Positions 6,352-10,024 of a stretch of DNA of 10,024 bases are shown one piece after another. Within the stretch, counting starts at the first letter, position 1. Each line of letters starts with the position of its first letter. The stretch comes from Promethearchaeota archaeon (GTDB lineage: Archaea > Asgardarchaeota > Lokiarchaeia > Sigyniarchaeales > SOKP01): NCBI GenBank assembly GCA_019058015.1, contig JAHLWH010000042.1:1-10024 (forward strand), in the 5' to 3' direction. Under the pieces are notes generated by a model. That model was not told the DNA's origin, made no database searches, and saw only the letters and a program-made list of their open reading frames with translations. The position numbers and the translations under genes are program-made.

Positions 6352-7806
6352 ATGGAAGTTTTACTGATTAGTCTACCATCAAGGAAAGAGAAGGAATACA
6401 AAAGCAATGTAGCCTACCCGTTGGGGCTGGGGTATCTATATACATATCTGGAATCACGAGGTGTTGCCGTCGGGATACTTGACTTACAGACAGAAGCTTT
6501 CTCTATTACGGATGTTAGTCGACTGGTTGCAAAAGAAAAACCTGTACTTGTAGGGATAAGCTTTCTCACCCATAATCGTTTCAATGCATTTCAACTTGCT
6601 CAAAAAATAAAGTTAGTCACACCCGAAGTCCATATTGTGTTCGGGGGATGTCATGCGACTAACGCTCCTATAGATACAATAGCGAATACAGCAGCAGATA
6701 GTATTGTTTGCGGAGAGGGGGAAGTTACTCTCTATGAACTCTACACGGAGCTTGCTGAAGGAACCGGCAATTTGCGTAGGGTACAAGGAATAGTCTACCG
6801 GGATGGGAAAGATATCATAATAAATCCCGAAAGGCCCCTGATAAAAAATTTGGATTCGTTAGGATTTCCCCACAGGAAATCATTTCGTATGGAAGCGTAT
6901 TCTCTCAAGATGCCCGAAGCAATATTAAAGAGGCAACGCTATAAAAGTGACAACTGTGCCTATATCATAACTTCGAGAGGATGCCCATTTAAATGTAGTT
7001 TTTGCTCTACTTCGCTAATTTGGAAAAACAAGGTTCGTTTTCATTCAGCAAAACATATAGTCGATGAAATAGAAATCCTTCTAAAGATGGGTTATAACGG
7101 CATTTTCATTTACGACGATTTTTTTACTTTTGATAGAAGACATGTTCTTTCATTTTGTAATGAAATGAAATTAAGGGGACTAAAAATCCCACTTTTTTGT
7201 TGGGGAAGAGTTGATAGTGTGACATATGACACTTTTGAAAAACTTAAGGAAGTCGGCTTGGTGGGTATATCTATAGGTATTGAGTCGGGTAGCCAAAAGA
7301 TACTAGATTATTTCCAAAAAAACCAAACGCCTGAGATTGTGTTAAAAGCAGTTAAGGTGTTAAAAGATTTAGACATCGTAGGAAAAGGATCATTTATAGG
7401 TGGGAGCCCTCCTGAAACGCTATTAGATACTTATCGGACTATTAGAATAATAGAGCGCATTTACAAGATCCAGCCGGAATTCATTGCCGGCTCTGGGTAT
7501 ACCATAGGCTTGCAAATTCATCCAGGGACAAAGATTTGTGATGAACTTTTTAAGAGCAATTACTTCCCTAAAGATTTCAGTTGGACTAAGAAGTATAAAG
7601 AAGTATATGAACGTTTAGGCGTTCCAGTTTATAGTTCTCCTTCTACTAAAATAATAAAGTTTACTTATAAGATAATGCGTATAGTGATTGAAATAAGGAA
7701 TGGAATAAGAAAGAAAGGCTTTTTAGGCTTTTTCGAGAATTCTATAAATAGAATACTAAAGCAACCAAAGGAGTACTATGCTAAAAGATTTAAAAAATCG
7801 CGTTAA
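6352..7806 (+). CDS. Cobalamin-binding radical SAM enzyme (class B methyltransferase-like), intact, 484 aa
   Basis: YPLGLGYLYTYL, IVFGGCHAT, VCGEGE (B12-binding domain), TSRGCPFKCSFC (CX3CX2C), FIYDDFFT, IGIESGSQKIL, QIHPGT. Confidence 0.92.
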   Translation: MEVLLISLPSRKEKEYKSNVAYPLGLGYLYTYLESRGVAVGILDLQTEAFSITDVSRLVAKEKPVLVGISFLTHNRFNAFQLAQKIKLVTPEVHIVFGGCHATNAPIDTIANTAADSIVCGEGEVTLYELYTELAEGTGNLRRVQGIVYRDGKDIIINPERPLIKNLDSLGFPHRKSFRMEAYSLKMPEAILKRQRYKSDNCAYIITSRGCPFKCSFCSTSLIWKNKVRFHSAKHIVDEIEILLKMGYNGIFIYDDFFTFDRRHVLSFCNEMKLRGLKIPLFCWGRVDSVTYDTFEKLKEVGLVGISIGIESGSQKILDYFQKNQTPEIVLKAVKVLKDLDIVGKGSFIGGSPPETLLDTYRTIRIIERIYKIQPEFIAGSGYTIGLQIHPGTKICDELFKSNYFPKDFSWTKKYKEVYERLGVPVYSSPSTKIIKFTYKIMRIVIEIRNGIRKKGFLGFFENSINRILKQPKEYYAKRFKKSR

Positions 7807-8455
7807 CTATTATTTTTGGGCAACTTATCGGAGAAAGATCTTAGATAGGCTTTTAGAAAAAAATAAACATTACTATAAAGGAGTAGTTTTAGATATTGGG
7901 GGTAGAGATAGAGGCAAATTTATAAAGCCTATGGATATAGTTGAAAAATGGATTTTTGCTGACATTGAAGAAAGACATAAGCCTGATGTTATTTTCGATG
8001 TTGCTGATATGCATAAAATTAAAGATGAAACTATAGATGTGGTAAATGCTATTGAGCTTTTTGAACATGTAGAAAATCCAGAAAAGGGACTGAGAGAATG
8101 TTACCGTGTTTTAAAGAAAGATGGAATAATGTTTTTGTCAGTACCGTTTCTATTTCCTGTTCACGCCGATCCCTATGATTTTCAGAGGTGGACGGAAAAT
8201 AAATGGAAGAAAGAATTAGAAAAGGCAGGATTTAAAATTCTAAAATTTGAAGTTATGGGGAGATTTTTCACGGTCTTAGCGGACATGAAGAAAACATTCG
8301 TGAAATCAATGCCCGGAGTCTTAAGATGGTTTTTGTATCTATTCTTTCCAATATTAGACCTGTTAGTGAATTTAGATAGCCTTAATTTTGTTCAAAGCCA
8401 TCCCTTTTTAGGAAGATTTCATGGTGGATACTTTATAATTGATAGAAAATGTTAG
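7778..8455 (+). CDS. Class I SAM-dependent methyltransferase (type 11-like, polysaccharide-cluster type)
   Basis: VLDIGG, ELFEHVENP, YRVLKKDG, SVPFLFPVHADPYDFQRWT. Strong RBS AAGGAG at 7768-7773. Confidence 0.88.
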   Translation: MLKDLKNRVNYYFWATYRRKILDRLLEKNKHYYKGVVLDIGGRDRGKFIKPMDIVEKWIFADIEERHKPDVIFDVADMHKIKDETIDVVNAIELFEHVENPEKGLRECYRVLKKDGIMFLSVPFLFPVHADPYDFQRWTENKWKKELEKAGFKILKFEVMGRFFTVLADMKKTFVKSMPGVLRWFLYLFFPILDLLVNLDSLNFVQSHPFLGRFHGGYFIIDRKC

Positions 8456-9171
8456 AGATAGAATTCCAAAAGTATAAAAAGAGAGGAATGGGTTACCATT
8501 GGGGCCAAATTAGCAGAGATATTCTTAAAAGGAATATTTATGTTGTGGCCAGATATGAAATAGTGATGAACTTGATAGGCAAAGAGATAAGAAATAAAAC
8601 GATATTAGATGTTGGTTGCGGAGATGGGGTTTTAAGCTGGATGCTGTTTAAAAGAGGAGCAAAAGTTGTTGGGATAGATATTTCAAAAGAAGCAATTGGA
8701 TTTGCAAGAGAAAAATGCGGAAATAAAGAGAATTTACAGTTCATAAGCGCTTCAGCTTATCAGATACCATTTGAAGATAATAGTTTTGATTATGTGATTT
8801 CTTCTGATGTTATTGAGCATTTAGGTGAACCGGTTAGGATGATTTCAGAGACAAGAAGGGTATGGAACGGAAAAGGTAAGATAGTTATCACCACCCCAAT
8901 AAAACTGACGCAAGAGCCTCTGGATAGAATGCACTACTGGGAGTTTTTTGAAGAAGAATTCGAGGGAGTATTGAAGAGATATTTTAAGTGTGTAAAAATA
9001 ATTAAGTCTCACCCATTATTTTGGATGGAATTTCAAAATAAGACATTTCTGAGGCGGACATTCAACAAATTTCTGTTAAATATTTTAAATGTTCTTTTCG
9101 GTTTTAATCCATTCAAAAAAAGAAGAGGGTGGAGATATTTCACACTACAAACTGCGGTGATCTCAGAATGA
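8449..9171 (+). CDS. Class I SAM-dependent methyltransferase (UbiG/type 11-like)
   Basis: ILDVGCGDG, VGIDIS, IPFEDNSFDYVISSDVIEHL, ITTP. Start overlaps the upstream stop. Confidence 0.9.
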   Translation: MLEIEFQKYKKRGMGYHWGQISRDILKRNIYVVARYEIVMNLIGKEIRNKTILDVGCGDGVLSWMLFKRGAKVVGIDISKEAIGFAREKCGNKENLQFISASAYQIPFEDNSFDYVISSDVIEHLGEPVRMISETRRVWNGKGKIVITTPIKLTQEPLDRMHYWEFFEEEFEGVLKRYFKCVKIIKSHPLFWMEFQNKTFLRRTFNKFLLNILNVLFGFNPFKKRRGWRYFTLQTAVISE

Positions 9172-9974
9172 AAAAAGATTTACTTACAGTTTTGATTGTA
9201 AATTTCAACTCTTCTGAGTTTATAGAAGTGTCTCTTTATGCGCTGGAGAAATTGACAAAAAATCCATATATGGTATTTGTTCTGGATAATGGCTCAAAGG
9301 TTTGCGACTATAGAAACTTGAAAAGAATATGCTCTAAGTATGGCAATGTTTTCTTAGAAAGGAAAGAGACTTCTTTAAGGGGGGGCATAGCTCATGGAAC
9401 TGCATTAAATTATCTGGTTGAAAAAGTAGATACTCCTTATTTTTCTATCCTGGATGCCGATGCCACATGGTCAATAAAAGGATGGGATGAGATCCTGATA
9501 AGCAAAATTAATGATAAGGCTAAGATAATAGGTACGCAGGCAGCAGGAAACAAACCCAAAGATTTCCCTTTGATGTTTGCTATTTTTTTTGAGACAGAAA
9601 CCTTTAAAAGATTGGGAATAGATTTTATTCCTCGAGACATAAGTAGCCAATTAGACACTGGATGGGAAATAAGGCAGAAATACATGAATAAAGGATTTAA
9701 AGGCGAGGTCTTGAATTTAAGAGCAACAAGGACTTACAAGGGCGGTCCTCTTAAAGAAGTCATTTGTGCTGAATATTATTTAGAAGGAATTTCTCACAAT
9801 ATTGCCTCTCATTTTGGAATGGGGTCAACTTCAGGTGCGCATAAGTAAATAAAGGGATTTGTAATTTTTTATAGATTACCCCTAATAGGAAGATACCTTA
9901 GGGTTTGTAGAGGAAGAAGAGAAAAAAATAAGTGGATAAGAATCTGTAAGGATATTGTTGATAAACAATTATGA
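9168..9974 (+). pseudogene. Glycosyltransferase family 2 (GT-A) with a probable premature TAA at 9846-9848 (226 aa as is, 268 codons if read through)
   Basis: LTVLIVNFNS, VLDNGS, HGTALN, DxD motif ILDADA. ATG 9168 overlaps the upstream TGA (ATGA). After TAA 9846-9848 the same frame stays open for 41 codons to TGA 9972-9974, which overlaps the next ATG. The GT2 call is firm; pseudogene status is inferred. Confidence 0.7.
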
Positions 9975-10024
9975 GACATTTCGATTTTAACGATATAGAG
10001 TTCGAAGAAGTCGATTGCCTGTTC
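9971..10024 (+). CDS. 5' end of the next operon gene (partial, MRHFDFNDIEFEEVDCLF...), possibly a methyltransferase with an N-terminal CxxC
   Basis: ATG 9971 in an ATGA overlap, open to the window end. EEVDCLF resembles the start of the N-terminal Cys pair seen in some polysaccharide-cluster methyltransferases, but only 18 codons are visible. Confidence 0.5.
   Translation, partial: MRHFDFNDIEFEEVDCLF

Noticed and set aside
5596-9590. A8 (5596-5603) and T8 (9583-9590) runs as phase-variation tracts
   Set aside because: Expected by chance in Lys/Phe codons of AT-rich DNA, and both frames are intact across them.
2442-9685. Short minus-strand ORFs (2442-2687, 3980-4249, 4877-5065, 5668-5859, 8538-8744, 9437-9685)
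   Set aside because: All lie antisense to well-supported + strand genes, have no recognisable motifs, and look like shadow ORFs.
2769-9848. Genome-wide stop-codon reassignment as the cause of the internal stops
   Set aside because: The internal stops differ (TAG and TAA), and all three codons act as true terminators here: TAG at 5162 and 8455, TAA at 1620, 2746 and 7806, TGA at 779, 4102 and 9171.

Overview
AT-rich bacterial window that is almost entirely one + strand operon. A near-consensus sigma70 promoter (TTGACA-17-TATACT) with a palindromic operator over the predicted start site precedes a GbsR/MarR-family regulator. Next come a decayed 5' fragment resembling UDP-GlcNAc 2-epimerase (wecB) and a tightly coupled glycan-modification cluster: three class I SAM methyltransferases (a possible fourth starts at the window edge), three GT-B/GT4-type glycosyltransferases, one GT2, and two cobalamin-binding radical SAM enzymes. 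Reading past the ORF track shows lesions. The first radical SAM gene really spans 2721-4102 and carries an in-frame TAG at codon 17 plus a -1 frameshift near 3843. The GT2 gene appears to run 9168-9974 through an in-frame TAA. A 33-codon ORF with an RBS sits just upstream of the intact radical SAM gene. Positions 1-176 are a GC-richer cluster of hairpins resembling REP or IS200/IS605 end palindromes. The most interesting hypothesis is a partly decaying, GbsR-controlled pathway for a heavily methylated glycan, possibly including B12-dependent C-methylation. All family calls come from motif recognition; no searches were run.
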